A stretch of DNA of 63,692 nt, filler included, from Barthelona sp. PAP020 (taxonomy: Eukaryota), in the NCBI GenBank assembly GCA_040182905.1. It is 30 parts of 30 records of this genome, joined end to end, with 100 filler letters (N's around TTAATTAATTAA, not from the genome) between each part and the next. Parts side by side here need not be neighbours in the genome. Positions count along the whole stretch, not along the records: positions 8,832 to 10,921 come from JARQWU010000869.1; positions 11,022 to 13,095 come from JARQWU010000870.1; positions 13,196 to 15,259 come from JARQWU010000871.1; positions 15,360 to 17,420 come from JARQWU010000872.1; positions 17,521 to 19,581 come from JARQWU010000873.1; positions 19,682 to 21,741 come from JARQWU010000874.1; 24 more parts are not named here. One strand, given 5' to 3'. Positions within the stretch are counted from its first letter, which is position 1. The number at the start of each line of letters is the position of its first letter. The notes beneath the pieces are model-generated. The model saw nothing but the letters and a program-made list of their open reading frames with translations, ran no database searches and was not told where the DNA came from. Shown here piece after piece: positions 9,066-20,753 of this stretch. Made by a program: the position numbers and the translations under genes.

Positions 9066-9472
9066 AAAAAAATTATAAATGAAAACAACCAATTCATTTA
9101 TTTTTTTTCATGTGAAAACTTTTAGGAATATCAATGCAAAGAATATAAATAAGTCGCATGCATGGACAAAATTTCTAGATTTTAAAAAGGAAAAATTAAA
9201 TTTTTTTTCTTTTTTTTTTCAACAAATTCAATTTTTGCCTGCATAACACATAAATTCATTTAAATTAAAAGAGCTTTTATTTTTTTGAAAAGACCATGTT
9301 TTTATCTCAGTTCGTTAGAAACAAAATTAGATGCATCTGAAAGATTCAAAATAACTATTTGAGTTGTTAACATTTAACAAACAATTTCAGAAAACTTCAC
9401 TCAAAATGAAAAAAAAATCGAACTTCTGGCCAACCAACAAATTAATGACAGATACAAATATTCCATCTCAAA

Positions 9473-10672
9473 TCAATCATCATCACTCTGTTCCTCTTTC
9501 AATTCAATAAAATTTGCCATATTTCCTCCATTTCTACCATTAATATCAACCAAATCCCAACAACTGCAATATATCATTTTAAATTCAGCAAAATTCATGC
9601 GAATACCTTTAGCTACAACAATTCTCAAAAAACTAGTGTTACAATGCCAGCGAATGAGATTTAATAAAACTGAATCTGTTTGTCGAGACAGATCAACAAA
9701 TTCTGATGGATTGAGCAAAGAATAATCTCCTAACAATGGATAAATCTTAATGTTATTTAGATCACATCTTCCACAAATCAAATTTGTTCGATCAGGTGAA
9801 ACATCAAATGAAAACCATCGCGGTTCACACCCACAAAAAACACTTTGAATTCTTTGTTGATTTTGAGCGTTGTAAAGAGTGATAAACCCATCTCCAGACA
9901 TAAAGAGCAATATCAATGATGTGATGAATTTTAGTGAAAAGACATTGCCTTCCACGCAAACTGTTTGAATAATTGAACCATCAAATGTCCAAATTATCAC
10001 TTTTTTTGATAAACTTGCAAGAGCAATAACATCTTCAAAGGGATGAAAGCAACCAAAAATAAATTGTTCAGACATGCGTTCAAACGTTTGAACAATTGAC
10101 ATATCTTTTAACAAAATAAGTTTGGCATCACTTTGATTGGTACAACTCAAAAGATATTTACCATTTGATGATATTGATAAATGATATACAGACGAGGAAT
10201 GAAGTTTAGAAGAATAAGTACAGATGTTCTGATCAACATCCATTTTGTGAACATATCCATTAATGTCCCCACAGTATAAAAACTTCGAACATTCAGAAAA
10301 AACAAAGTAGTAAGAGATAATTGATTTAATTTCCTTATAAATTGAAAAACTAGGGATGCTATATATGATAATTGAAGAGTCTAATGAACAAGTAGCCATA
10401 AATTGTCCATTTGGGGAGAAACCTACACAATAAACTTCATATCTATGATCTTGTAAAGAACGAATAACTTCCCCTGTTTTTCCATTAAATACAAATACAG
10501 TTTTATTGTAATCTACAACAGCAACATATTTACCATTGAATGAATATTTACAATCCTTCATATGATGAGAAATTAAACCTTCAATAGTTTTGACATTTTC
10601 TTCATCAATTCTCAATTGAAATTTTGAATCTAACGTCTTTTCGACTACATTTAACTCTGAATCATTTGACAT
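9473..10672 (-). CDS. WD40-repeat protein with shared CWDL..GGNM C-terminal domain
   Basis: DHRYEVYCVGFSPNGQFMATCSLDSSIIIY; C-terminus CWDLVDINGRNGGNM. Confidence 0.92.
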   Translation of the reverse strand: MSNDSELNVVEKTLDSKFQLRIDEENVKTIEGLISHHMKDCKYSFNGKYVAVVDYNKTVFVFNGKTGEVIRSLQDHRYEVYCVGFSPNGQFMATCSLDSSIIIYSIPSFSIYKEIKSIISYYFVFSECSKFLYCGDINGYVHKMDVDQNICTYSSKLHSSSVYHLSISSNGKYLLSCTNQSDAKLILLKDMSIVQTFERMSEQFIFGCFHPFEDVIALASLSKKVIIWTFDGSIIQTVCVEGNVFSLKFITSLILLFMSGDGFITLYNAQNQQRIQSVFCGCEPRWFSFDVSPDRTNLICGRCDLNNIKIYPLLGDYSLLNPSEFVDLSRQTDSVLLNLIRWHCNTSFLRIVVAKGIRMNFAEFKMIYCSCWDLVDINGRNGGNMANFIELKEEQSDDD

Positions 10673-10823
10673 GCTTGATTATCTTTTAAAGAGAAAAATC
10701 AATCAAAACAAAGCATTTTGGAAAGTTGTTCTTCAATTTATTACAAAAGAAAAATGAAAGTAGTTTATTAGATCAATCGAAAATATATGAAAAAAGAAAG
10801 ACAAAAGCAAAAAACTCAAACTC

Positions 10824-10921
10824 AAAAAAAAAATATGAAATAAGACTTTATTGAACTTTTCCGTAAAGAGACTCCATAAAACATCCCAATTGAGTGACGA
10901 CAGCAAACACTCAAAACTGAT
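10824..10921 (-). repeat. Repeat family I (end of a repeat, at contig end)
   Basis: Identical to 63592-63690; on the - strand it ends AATAAAGTCTTATTTCATA(T)n. Confidence 0.9.
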
Positions 10922-11021
10922 NNNNNNNNNNNNNNNNNNNNNNNNNNNNNNNNNNNNNNNNNNNNTTAATTAATTAANNNNNNNNNNNNNNNNNNNNNNN
11001 NNNNNNNNNNNNNNNNNNNNN

Positions 11022-13095
11022 TACATGATTGTTGGTGCATCCACTAAGGAAAATACTCCTGGTTTTGTTATGGCCAAGCGTTTTACTGGATTTTTTGAAG
11101 GTGAAACTTATTTGGTCAACCCTAAAGGTGGTGAATTATTTGGTCATGAACTTTATGTTAATCCCACAGCTTGTCCTCCCAATGTTGATGTTGCTGTTAT
11201 TGTTGTTCCTGCAAAGTTTGCAACAAAGGCCGTTCAAGATTGTTTAGATAATGGTTGTGTTAATTTTATCTTAATCTCTGGTGGTTTTGCCGAAATTGAT
11301 GAAGAAGGTGCCAGAATTCAAAACGATATTGTTCGTCGTGTCAAAGAAAGAGATGGTGTCATTATTGGACCCAATACCGTTGGTGTTTTTGACCCAGGTC
11401 ATGGTTTAGATACTGTTTTCTTACCTGAAGACAAGTTGGAACGTCCAAAAGCTGGTCCTATTTCAGTTATTTCCCAATCTGGTGCTCTTGTTGCAGCCAT
11501 TATGAACGAATTGGTTAATGCTAACATGCAAAATTCTGTTGCTAAAGTTCTTTCTCTTGGTAATGCCTGTGATATGAATGAACTTGACGCCATTCGTTTC
11601 TTAGCTGATGATGAATTCACTGAAATTATCTGGCAATATATGGAAGGACTTAAGAACGGTTCTGATTTCATTAGAACCCTTCGTACTGTCACTCCAAAGA
11701 AGCCTGTTGTTTCTATCAAGTCTAACAGAACTGCTGCTGGTGCTCATGCATCTGCTTCTCATTCTGCTTCCCTCGCTGCCAACGATACTGTTATGGATTA
11801 TTTATTGAATCAATCTGGTATTGTTCGTGTTGACAAATGGACTGATCTTTTTGAAGTTGGTCGTGGTTTACTTCACCAAGCTCTTCCTAAGGGATCTCGT
11901 GTCTGTATTGTCACTGATGGTGGTGGTATGGGTGTCATGTGTTGTGATGCTATTGATGATCATGGATTAGAATTAGCAACTCTTTCTGAATCAACTGTAA
12001 CTAAATTCCGTGAAATTTTCCCTCCTTTCTATCCCTGTGGAAATCCTCTTGATCTCACTGGTTCAGCCTCTGCTGATGATTTCGTCAAGGCTGTAAATTT
12101 GGCTATGGATGATGAAAACGTTGATGCTGTTATTTTAATTTGCCTCACTTGTGTTCCTAATGTTGATCCTACCACTTTTGTTGAAAAGGTCTCAAAGAAT
12201 TTTGGTAAGACTGAAGAATTTGGTGACAACCGTTCAAAGAAAACTCTTCTTGGTTGTTGTATGGGAGGAACTGTAGATCACATTATTTTTGACGGATTAA
12301 ATGCCGCTGGTATTCCTATATTTGAAACTGAAGTCAAAGCTGTTAACGTTCTTGCTAAAATGCGCAAGTATCAAATGTATCTTGATCAAGAATCCAAGGT
12401 TGTTGAAGAATTACCTATGATGAATAAATCTGATGAAATTCAAGCTATATTGGATGGTGCAAAGGCTGATAACCGTACTGTTTTATTGGAAAGTGAAGCT
12501 GCTCAAATTTTCCGTTACTCTGGACTTTCTTTGGCTCAAACCGCTGTTGTTCAAACTGCTGATGAGGCTGTTGAAGCTTGGAAGAGCTTTGGTTCAACTA
12601 AGGTTGTCATTAAACTTATTTCTCCTCAAGTTATTCATAAAACTGATGAAGGTGCTGTTTTCGTTGGCATCAATACTGAAGAAGAAATTAGACAAATCAC
12701 AAATCATCTTCTTGAAAAATTCGCCAATCGTGACATTCGTGGTATCTATGTTTGTGATATGGTTCCCAAGGGTACTGAAATGGTTGTTGGTATGAATCAA
12801 GATGATACTTTTGGAAAGGTTGTTGTTGCTGGTATTGGTGGTACTATGGTTGAAATCTTAAAAGATGCTACTTTCTCTCTTTGCCCTTGTACAAAGAAGG
12901 ATGCTCTTAAGATGATTGATGATCTTAAGTATCAACCCATTGTCAATGGTTATCGTGGTTCCCCTGCCGTTGATCGTGAAGGTTTGGCTGATAATATTGT
13001 TAAAATTAGTCAATTAGCCTCTCTTTATCCTGAAATTAAGGAAATTGATGCCAACCCCATCATTTTCTATGAAAACGGTTTTGCTGCTGTCGACG
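11022..13095 (+). CDS. ADP-forming acetyl-CoA synthetase (fused alpha/beta), partial at both ends
   Basis: IVGAS, VNPK, SGGFAE, IIGPN, ISQSG, SHSASLA (phospho-His motif), TDGGG, NPLDLTG, HKTDEG, EIDANP; strong codon bias. Confidence 0.93.
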
Positions 13096-13195
13096 NNNNN
13101 NNNNNNNNNNNNNNNNNNNNNNNNNNNNNNNNNNNNNNNTTAATTAATTAANNNNNNNNNNNNNNNNNNNNNNNNNNNNNNNNNNNNNNNNNNNN

Positions 13196-13967
13196 ATGGA
13201 ATGCTGATTTTCCCAGAATTCGGTGTGCCATTAAAAGAATAAAAGTAAATTTAGGTGATTTGGTTGAAATTGTTAACTATCCGGGGAATTTGGGTGTTTC
13301 TGGGGCTTGGAATGAGATTGCTATGGCAAACACAACTGCAGAATACTTTTTAATTTGTAATGATGATATTAAGTTTATGCCTGGCACACTAGAATCAATT
13401 ATTTATGAATTAGATCTTATTCGGGATAATTCCGGAAAATTACCTTCCAGAATATTTGGATCTGTTGCTCAAAATGAAAATCATCCAATGTGGGAGGCTT
13501 TTTTGGTTACCAAATCAGCGTTTCAAATATTGGGCTCATTTGATGAAAATTATTTTCCAATGTATTATGAAGATACTGATTATCAGTTAAGAAGTGCAAA
13601 AAGAAATGTTTCTTGTGAGCAATTGTTAGGTTTTAAGATACACCATGGATGGGAGTCTTCTAGATCTTATAAATCGGGTACAAGATTTAATTCCAAAGGG
13701 TATTTAACAAATGACTTGTCCAAAATAATTGAACGAAGTCTTCCAATGCAAAATTACTTTAAAATCAAATGGGGAAGACTTGAAAATGAAGAAGATAATC
13801 CCAGCCCTTTCGAATATGAAACACCTTATAATCGTACAAATGGGCATCTGAATGATTGGATTTGGCGATACAATTATCAATACTATGTTAGAACTGGATT
13901 GCAAAGGCCATCTACCGTTGATTTCAATGATCACTTGTTGATAACTGTTGATAAAGATAAATTATAG
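13196..13967 (+). CDS. Glycosyltransferase family 2-like protein, 5' partial
   Basis: NLGVSGAWN, FLICNDD, GSFDENYFPMYYEDTDY. Confidence 0.85.
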
Positions 13968-14388
13968 GTTATTTTCTTTTTGGGATAAAAAAAAGTGACA
14001 AAAAAAAAAAATAATAATAATTTGATTTCTTTTTTCCTTTACAATTATAGACTATAATGGGTGAAGATTTCAAACATACAAACAAGGTTTCCATTATTGG
14101 AAGCAGTTGATAAAAATCGTTTCGGTGGAAAGATAAAGAAGAAACTCCACAAGTCTAATTTTCTGCTTTATACAGCAAGCTTACATTTTAAGAATGCGTT
14201 TTTTTTTTTTAAGAAGGCTCCCCTTCGACATCAATTACGCTCAAGACAAAATCGACCACCCCATTAAACCCCCTAAACTCATCGAAACAAAGTCTATAAA
14301 TGAAAAAATATAAATGAAAAAAAAACGATAAAAAGCTGAAAATGAATAAATAAACACAATCAAAGTTCTTTGTAACGAAAAAAAACAC

Positions 14389-14634
14389 TCAAGACTGTTT
14401 TTGGTTGATATCAAGAGAAGATACATAAGATAATCCTTTCGATTCTCTTTTTAAGTTATTAATCTTACTAACAGTAATAAAAATGACTAATAAACTGATA
14501 AATAAAAACAACATGAACTTAACAAAGGAAAATCCAACACAAGGAGAGTAACCATCTCCATCTTGAATAATATAACCAGTAAATGAACAAGATTGCATGA
14601 ACAATTGATCTTTTCGACATTTAAGACATTTCAT
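14389..14634 (-). CDS. Possible small membrane protein
   Basis: 81-aa ORF with CxxC start and one hydrophobic segment; flanked by repeats, so uncertain. Confidence 0.35.
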   Translation of the reverse strand: MKCLKCRKDQLFMQSCSFTGYIIQDGDGYSPCVGFSFVKFMLFLFISLLVIFITVSKINNLKRESKGLSYVSSLDINQKQS

Positions 14635-14718
14635 TTTTAGAAAAAATATTTGGTCTCATCATCAAATAAGTTTTCATTTACGGTTGTATATGCCCTGATT
14701 TTCGCAACAGAGAAAGAT

Positions 14719-15014
14719 AATTGGTCCAGTTGTGAAACAGCTATATTTATTTACAAAGAAAGTAAACTCAGAAAACTCATTCTGGCAAATTTCAGTCAAA
14801 ATCCCAGGAGGGGAATTGAGGGATTGAAATGTAATTGAAATTCTTCAATACTATTCTTTTGAATTTTTGCAAAAGCAAAATTTTAAAGTTTAAACTTTCC
14901 CCAGAAAATCGAAAGTTTCTCAACAGATCAATCGGGCCTCGAAAGCCTTTGACCAAATAAACACTGTTCTTTTTTATTCACTCATACGCACAGTGCTTCT
15001 TGGCTTGGAAATAA
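14719..15014 (+). mobile_element. MITE family B, partial copy with right TIR
   Basis: Colinear with 20432-20753; ends CAGTGCTTCTTGGCTTGGAAATAA. Confidence 0.85.
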
Positions 15015-15151
15015 TCACATACATACACAAAGTTTCCAGTATTGGAAGTGACCGATAATAATCGTTTTGGCGGTAAAGTAAAAAGGATTTACCTAAGATC
15101 TATTTTTTGCTCTGCATAGCAAGCCCACATTTTATGATTACGTATTTTTTA

Positions 15152-15244
15152 TTTTTCCGAGGGAACTTTTCCCCTTTTGTTATTCCTTAAATTCCGAGAT
15201 GCTGGTACTCAGGATTATTTGATTCGTTAGTTAATAAAATAAAC
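15152..15244 (+). repeat. Repeat family D
   Basis: Reverse complement present at 55645-55740; both copies at contig ends. Confidence 0.9.
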
Positions 15245-15802
15245 CAGATTCCTTTACATNNNNNNNNNNNNNNNNNNNNNNNNNNNNNNNNNNNNNNNNN
15301 NNNTTAATTAATTAANNNNNNNNNNNNNNNNNNNNNNNNNNNNNNNNNNNNNNNNNNNNTTTTTGAGTTTTATTTAAAGTTGTACTTAAAACTCTTGCAC
15401 ATAATGGTTGGATCGAACCTACCCTAAATATCTCTTCTTCAGTAAAATCAAATTCCATCTTTTAAGTCTATAAAAATATAAATGAATTTCAATTAAATAA
15501 CGCAGATATTGGGATAACAAAATAAAATAAAATAATGAATCTGGAAACTAATATTCTTCAATTTATCCAATGAACACATGATAAAATATTTCAAAATTTT
15601 ACAAAAACATCAAAAAAAATCAGATTATTCAATTGGAAAATGCACAAAACATTTTTTTGAAGTCAAATAAGAACAATATTCAAAAAAATACCTTTAAACA
15701 AGAAAAAAATTTTTCATCACATTGTAGGTCAATTTCTTTTTAAAAACAAAAAAGTCTTTCATGTTTACAATTTTGATTTAAGGTTAATTATCAAATTCTC
15801 AT

Positions 15803-16609
15803 TTATTCTATCAGTTGAAATTTTCCACTTTTGGAAAATATTTCATTATTTTCAAATCTATTACTGCTTACAATTAATGAAGGAATCAAATCGAATTTTC
15901 TGCCATTTGAAGGATTTCCAAAGAGATCTGAATTATCTTCTTGAAATTTCAAAAACAGATTTGTGTAATAGTTTTTCAATCCATCTAACAAAGGATTATC
16001 TAAAACAAAACTGATATCTTTGATTAAATTAGAACATTGACATGTTTCAGAAACTAAAATGGCAGAGGCACAACTCATCAATCCAACATTAGAACAGAAG
16101 AAAGGAAATGTTGACAAAACGTACTCCAAAACAGGGTCCAGAGCGCTATGACAAATAGAATAATATTCTTCATTTTTAAGAAAAGTCTGCAAGTATGAAC
16201 AAACCCCTTCATAATAAGAAGGTACTTCTATTCCTTCCAATAAAGTTGAAACTTGATCACAACAATTTTCAATAATTTGTAAAGGATAAAGATGATTCAT
16301 GTATTGATGCAATTCAACAACATCTAAGGGAATAAATTCACGCTCACAAACTTCTGAAAAACAAGCTGCTAATATTAATTGATAGTGTATTAAAGGAGTA
16401 TCTACAGAAATAACATAATCAAAATAACTTAAAGCATTATATGCATATTTGGAAGGTAAATTTAGCCAAGAAACAACATCCGTTATCCAATCAATCAAGC
16501 ATTTTCTTATTTTTGAACCTTCTTTAGTGTTAAACAATTTTTTTAACTTGATACTGTTGTCGCCATTGAGATATATGTATCTATAAAATTGATTTAAAGG
16601 AAGAGTCAT
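15803..16609 (-). CDS. Divergent cyclin
   Basis: Cyclin box IRKCLIDWITDV...NALSYFD...YQLILAACF. Confidence 0.8.
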   Translation of the reverse strand: MTLPLNQFYRYIYLNGDNSIKLKKLFNTKEGSKIRKCLIDWITDVVSWLNLPSKYAYNALSYFDYVISVDTPLIHYQLILAACFSEVCEREFIPLDVVELHQYMNHLYPLQIIENCCDQVSTLLEGIEVPSYYEGVCSYLQTFLKNEEYYSICHSALDPVLEYVLSTFPFFCSNVGLMSCASAILVSETCQCSNLIKDISFVLDNPLLDGLKNYYTNLFLKFQEDNSDLFGNPSNGRKFDLIPSLIVSSNRFENNEIFSKSGKFQLIE

Positions 16610-17161
16610 TTTTTTTTTAATTCTTTCCTGTAAAAAATATGGTAAAAAATGTTTCTTTGATGCCAAACAAAAGATATCGATTTCTGATTTGTTGTTAGTT
16701 TTTTCGCTGTCTATTTAAAACATTATTTATTTGTATTTGTACAAATTCACATGTTCAAAGAATCAATATACAGATAAATGGTTATAAATGAAAAACAAAC
16801 AATAATCTTTTCAAAATTTATTCCCTTTTTTTGTCTTTGTTTTGTTTAAATGTTCCTCAGTGATGAATTCTAAAAGTACAAAATGTTACAAAATTAAAGT
16901 TGTAAACTATTTTTGTTTTAGTTTTTACAATTTCAAACAATCTCCAATAGACATATTTACTATTGATGAAGAAAACCTTTTTTTTTTTAATGAAAATAAC
17001 AGTAGTTATCCTAAAAGACTTAAACCTTTTGAAAAAGACAATTATCTTTCAAAATTTTGTTTTTATGAAAGGATTCTTTTGGTTTCAGGGAGTTGTGCAA
17101 ATTCCTCTTTGAACTTTCAAAATTAAATATGATATCCATTTTAGTTCAAAGGTCACTGTTA

Positions 17162-17242
17162 GCTAAGGTGGTCGAGTGGTTAAGACGGTAGTTTGCTAAG
17201 CTGCTGCCGAAAGGCTCATGGGTTCGAATCCCATCCTTAGCG
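17162..17242 (+). tRNA. tRNA-Ser(GCT)
   Basis: Acceptor GCTAAGG/CCTTAGC, anticodon loop TTGCTAA, long variable arm GCCGAAAGGC, GGTTCGAATCC, TTTT after. Confidence 0.96.
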
Positions 17243-17546
17243 TTTTATCCATCTATTTAGGGAACAGGATCGAGTCTTTGAAATGTTGATTCATGATGCA
17301 AAACAGAAAATGATTATAATTTCACGTTAGGTACAAGAAAAGGTATACGAAAGCTTTTATATACGGTGTGTTATTGAAATGAGTAGTTGGGAAAGCCTTG
17401 AATTTGAATCCTGGCTGTTTNNNNNNNNNNNNNNNNNNNNNNNNNNNNNNNNNNNNNNNNNNNNTTAATTAATTAANNNNNNNNNNNNNNNNNNNNNNNN
17501 NNNNNNNNNNNNNNNNNNNNATCATTATTTATTGTTATACTGGCAA

Positions 17547-18224
17547 CTACATACCAAAAGGTAAATAACCACCAGTTTCTGGTTCTACAAGTTCCAAACT
17601 GTTAACCATACTGTCTATGGCTTCACTAACCAAATTCAAATCCAATTGTAAAGCTTGAGCTATATATTGTTTGGGTACACCTGATTCAGAAAATTGGGAT
17701 GGTATATCAGTTAAGTAATCACGAATGGCATTCTTTACATCATCTTCAGTTGCTTGAGATGACACTTTTATTTGAGAGCTTTTTCCAACGGAAGAATCAA
17801 GAGAACCACCTATTTTTGGTGGTTTATTTTCTAAATGAAATAGTTTTGCGACAGTTAAAAGATGAAACATAACTTGATTAAGATCCGGTAATTGAATGAT
17901 ATGTACACAATGAATTTTCTTTGAATTATATGTTCCAATAACTTTTATAAATGTAGAAAGATGAATTTCATCGGAAGAAACTTCATGAGGCAAATAACAT
18001 TGTATCACACCACTTCCATCTTGAATTTGTATTGATGGAACACTTTCATTTGGATTTGAATAAACAACCATACCAACTAAAGAAACAAATACAAAAGATC
18101 TACCAAATATTCTTCGGTCAACTTCATGATCTTTTAACAATCTAATTGTCACAGGAACAATTGATTGATCTTCTTGCTGTCCTCGAGATGGACTTGTTGG
18201 TGCTTCAGAACCAAAATAAGACAT
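17547..18224 (-). CDS. RPA2: Replication protein A 32-kDa subunit-like (OB fold + winged helix)
   Basis: IVPVTIRLL, VSLVGMV, IQDGSG, FIKVIG, DLNQVMFHLL; C-terminal wHTH-like region. Confidence 0.75.
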   Translation of the reverse strand: MSYFGSEAPTSPSRGQQEDQSIVPVTIRLLKDHEVDRRIFGRSFVFVSLVGMVVYSNPNESVPSIQIQDGSGVIQCYLPHEVSSDEIHLSTFIKVIGTYNSKKIHCVHIIQLPDLNQVMFHLLTVAKLFHLENKPPKIGGSLDSSVGKSSQIKVSSQATEDDVKNAIRDYLTDIPSQFSESGVPKQYIAQALQLDLNLVSEAIDSMVNSLELVEPETGGYLPFGM

Positions 18225-18385
18225 AAAAATAATAATGAAAAATTGGGAATGCAATTCAACCAACACAAGCAAACAACAACAAACATTCAAAACAAAATTT
18301 ATAACAAAATATATACTATATCATCAATACAAATCATAAATTGCATCAATGAAACACACAAAAGAAAAAAAAAATTTCAAAACAA

Positions 18386-19581
18386 TTATTGAGAGAGCAA
18401 TTTTCCATGAACGACTTCAAACATGGAATCAACAACAGTATCCAATGATTTCATTTGATCTGCAACTCTTGAAGGAATAGTTTTACTATCTTTTTGTACA
18501 GTAGTTGATCTAATGAAAAGTGAATCTCTACCAATTTCCTCTTCTTCTTTTTTATCACCCTCCAACAATTCTACAGAACGATCTCTTGAATTGATGAACA
18601 GGATTCCATCAGCTTGGTCCAACAAACAATCCAATTTATCACTTATAACTAACTTTTCCATGATTTTAACGATACGATTCTCATCAATACCTACTCTTTT
18701 AGCAAGGAAATCTAGTTCTACTTTGCTATAAGGACGAATAACCTTTAAAACATTTTCTTCAATCATTGTTTGCTTCAAATTCTGCAAAAATTTAACAAAA
18801 TAGGGATGAGAGAATTGACCCTCATGATTATCCAAAAATAGTTGAAATTTACGAAGATTTTTGGTTCCAACAATCTTATTCAAATCAGTCAACAATTGAA
18901 ACTCATCCAAAATTTCAGAAAACTCTTGAAACTTTAATAACAAACTTTTAGAAATAATTCGCTCAAAATTAAATGCTTTGCGACTCAAAAATTTCGATAA
19001 AACCATAAACATGCTGCAATAAGCCATCAAATAGTAATCACTTTTTGTTTTCGCCAAACTTGCAAATGCCTCAAATCCTTCCAAAAAATATGAGTATGCT
19101 GTTGTGTACTCAGAAGTTTCAAGGTTGATCAACCCGTTTTGAAGATTTAAACGCCCTGATAAATGAGCGGTTAAATCAACTTTATTTGAATTGGCCTTTG
19201 CAGCAACTAAAGATGACTTTGCTTTTAAAGCATCTCCAATTGACAAATAAATCTCCGACTGAAGCAAATACGTCTGAACTAGACTCAAAAAATCTTCAGA
19301 CTTACGGAATGCTCTTAATATCTCTTCAGTAAGTTCAATTGCTTTGGGATATTGTTTTGCTTCATGATAAGTTTCAGCTAAAAAAGTTTTTAATTTCAAA
19401 GTAGAATACTTTCTTTTTTGTTCAATACTAAAATCAACACACTTTAATAAAAAGTCAATTCTTTCCACAGCATTATTAATCTTCATCGATGATTGTGCCA
19501 TTTTTTTCACAATTCTTGAACTTTTAGGCTTCGGAATTTCAAACAAATATTCGTTTATCGCAATAAATAGTGCAGTTAATT
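18386..19581 (-). CDS. RPN6: 26S proteasome lid subunit Rpn6, 5' partial
   Basis: IPKPKSSRIVK, TAYSYFLEGFE, PCI domain IEENVLKVIRPYSKVEL...LDQADG. Confidence 0.88.
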
Positions 19582-19681
19582 NNNNNNNNNNNNNNNNNNN
19601 NNNNNNNNNNNNNNNNNNNNNNNNNTTAATTAATTAANNNNNNNNNNNNNNNNNNNNNNNNNNNNNNNNNNNNNNNNNNNN

Positions 19682-19927
19682 GAAGTCAATACAAATAGTT
19701 ACAAAGATGCTTTTACACAGGACTTGAATTTGATGCAAAATCAATTTCAGTTGCAAATCAAAAATTTACAAGATAAATTAGTTAATGAAACTCACAAGTA
19801 TTTGGCCACAATAAATGAAGTGAGGAATACTATGAAATTAGAAAAGAGAATGGTTCAAAGTAAGTTGAATATTGTCACGGCTGAAAGAGATATGTTAAAA
19901 GCTAAATTGGATGGAAGAATTTTTTAA
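19682..19927 (+). CDS. 3' end of a coiled-coil protein, partial
   Basis: Open frame from contig start with heptad character. Confidence 0.5.
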   Translation, partial: EVNTNSYKDAFTQDLNLMQNQFQLQIKNLQDKLVNETHKYLATINEVRNTMKLEKRMVQSKLNIVTAERDMLKAKLDGRIF

Positions 19928-20112
19928 TTGTTGATAAATTATGTTCTTTATTTTATTTTTCCCATATCTTTGAAATCTTCCATTTTCATTTGTTCGCTTT
20001 ACTCAAAATAAAAAAAAAAAATAAAAAAATAAAATAATGCGACTTTTGTGTTTAATTGTAAGAAACATTTCTTGGCCAAAAAGTACTGTGTTCATGAGTG
20101 AAAAAGAAATAA

Positions 20113-20316
20113 TGTGGAAGTTCATGCTGAATGAACGGAATTTATTGGAGATATAAAGAGGTCATCAAATATCACTTCCTCTATTTGTTGTTTCTTGACC
20201 ACCTTTAGGTCTAATTTTGTAAGTTACTTGGGCATCTGAATCCACGTGAGTTTTTCCCAAACCTTAAGCTAACTCGTTTCGTTGTTCAATGAACAACTCA
20301 TACCTCATAAATATCT
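20113..20316 (+). repeat. Repeat family A, apparently inserted into a decayed family B terminus
   Basis: B-like sequence at 20068-20110 resumes as TAGTGTTTATTTGG after the A copy; AATAA on both sides. Confidence 0.8.
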
Positions 20317-20385
20317 AATAATAGTGTTTATTTGGTCAATAGTCAATTTGTTGAAACAGTTAATTTTTCAAAAGTAAATAGTAAA

Positions 20386-20753
20386 TTATTTCCAAGCCAA
20401 GAAGCACTGTGCGAATGAGTGAATAAAAAAGATTGGTCCAGCTGTGAAACAACATTATTTATTAACAAAGAAAGTAAACTCAGAAAACTCATTCCAGCAA
20501 ATTTCAGTCAAAATCCCAGGAGGGGAATTGAGGGACTGAAATGTAATTTGAACGATCAAGTAGGAGAATTTTGGAGAAATTCTTCATTCCTATTTTTTGT
20601 ATTTTTGCAAAAGCAAAATTTTAAAGTTTGAACTTTACCTTAGAAAATCTGAAGTCTTTCAACAAATCAATCGGGCCTCGAAAGCCATTAAAGAAATGAG
20701 CACTATTCTTTTTTGTTTACTCATACGCACAGTGCTTCTTGGCTTGGAAATAA
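20386..20753. mobile_element. MITE family B, complete non-autonomous TIR element (~368 bp)
   Basis: TTATTTCCAAGCCAAGAAGCACTGTGCGAATGAGTGAATAAAAAAGA ... TCTTTTTTGTTTACTCATACGCACAGTGCTTCTTGGCTTGGAAATAA; other pieces at 1590-1828, 20757-21023, 21085-21215, 23615-23893, 42300-42600, 51344-51438, 55832-55903. Confidence 0.88.

Noticed and set aside
8428..10672. Skp1-like gene clustered with a WD40 family gene
   Set aside because: They are separated by a spacer and lie on different contigs
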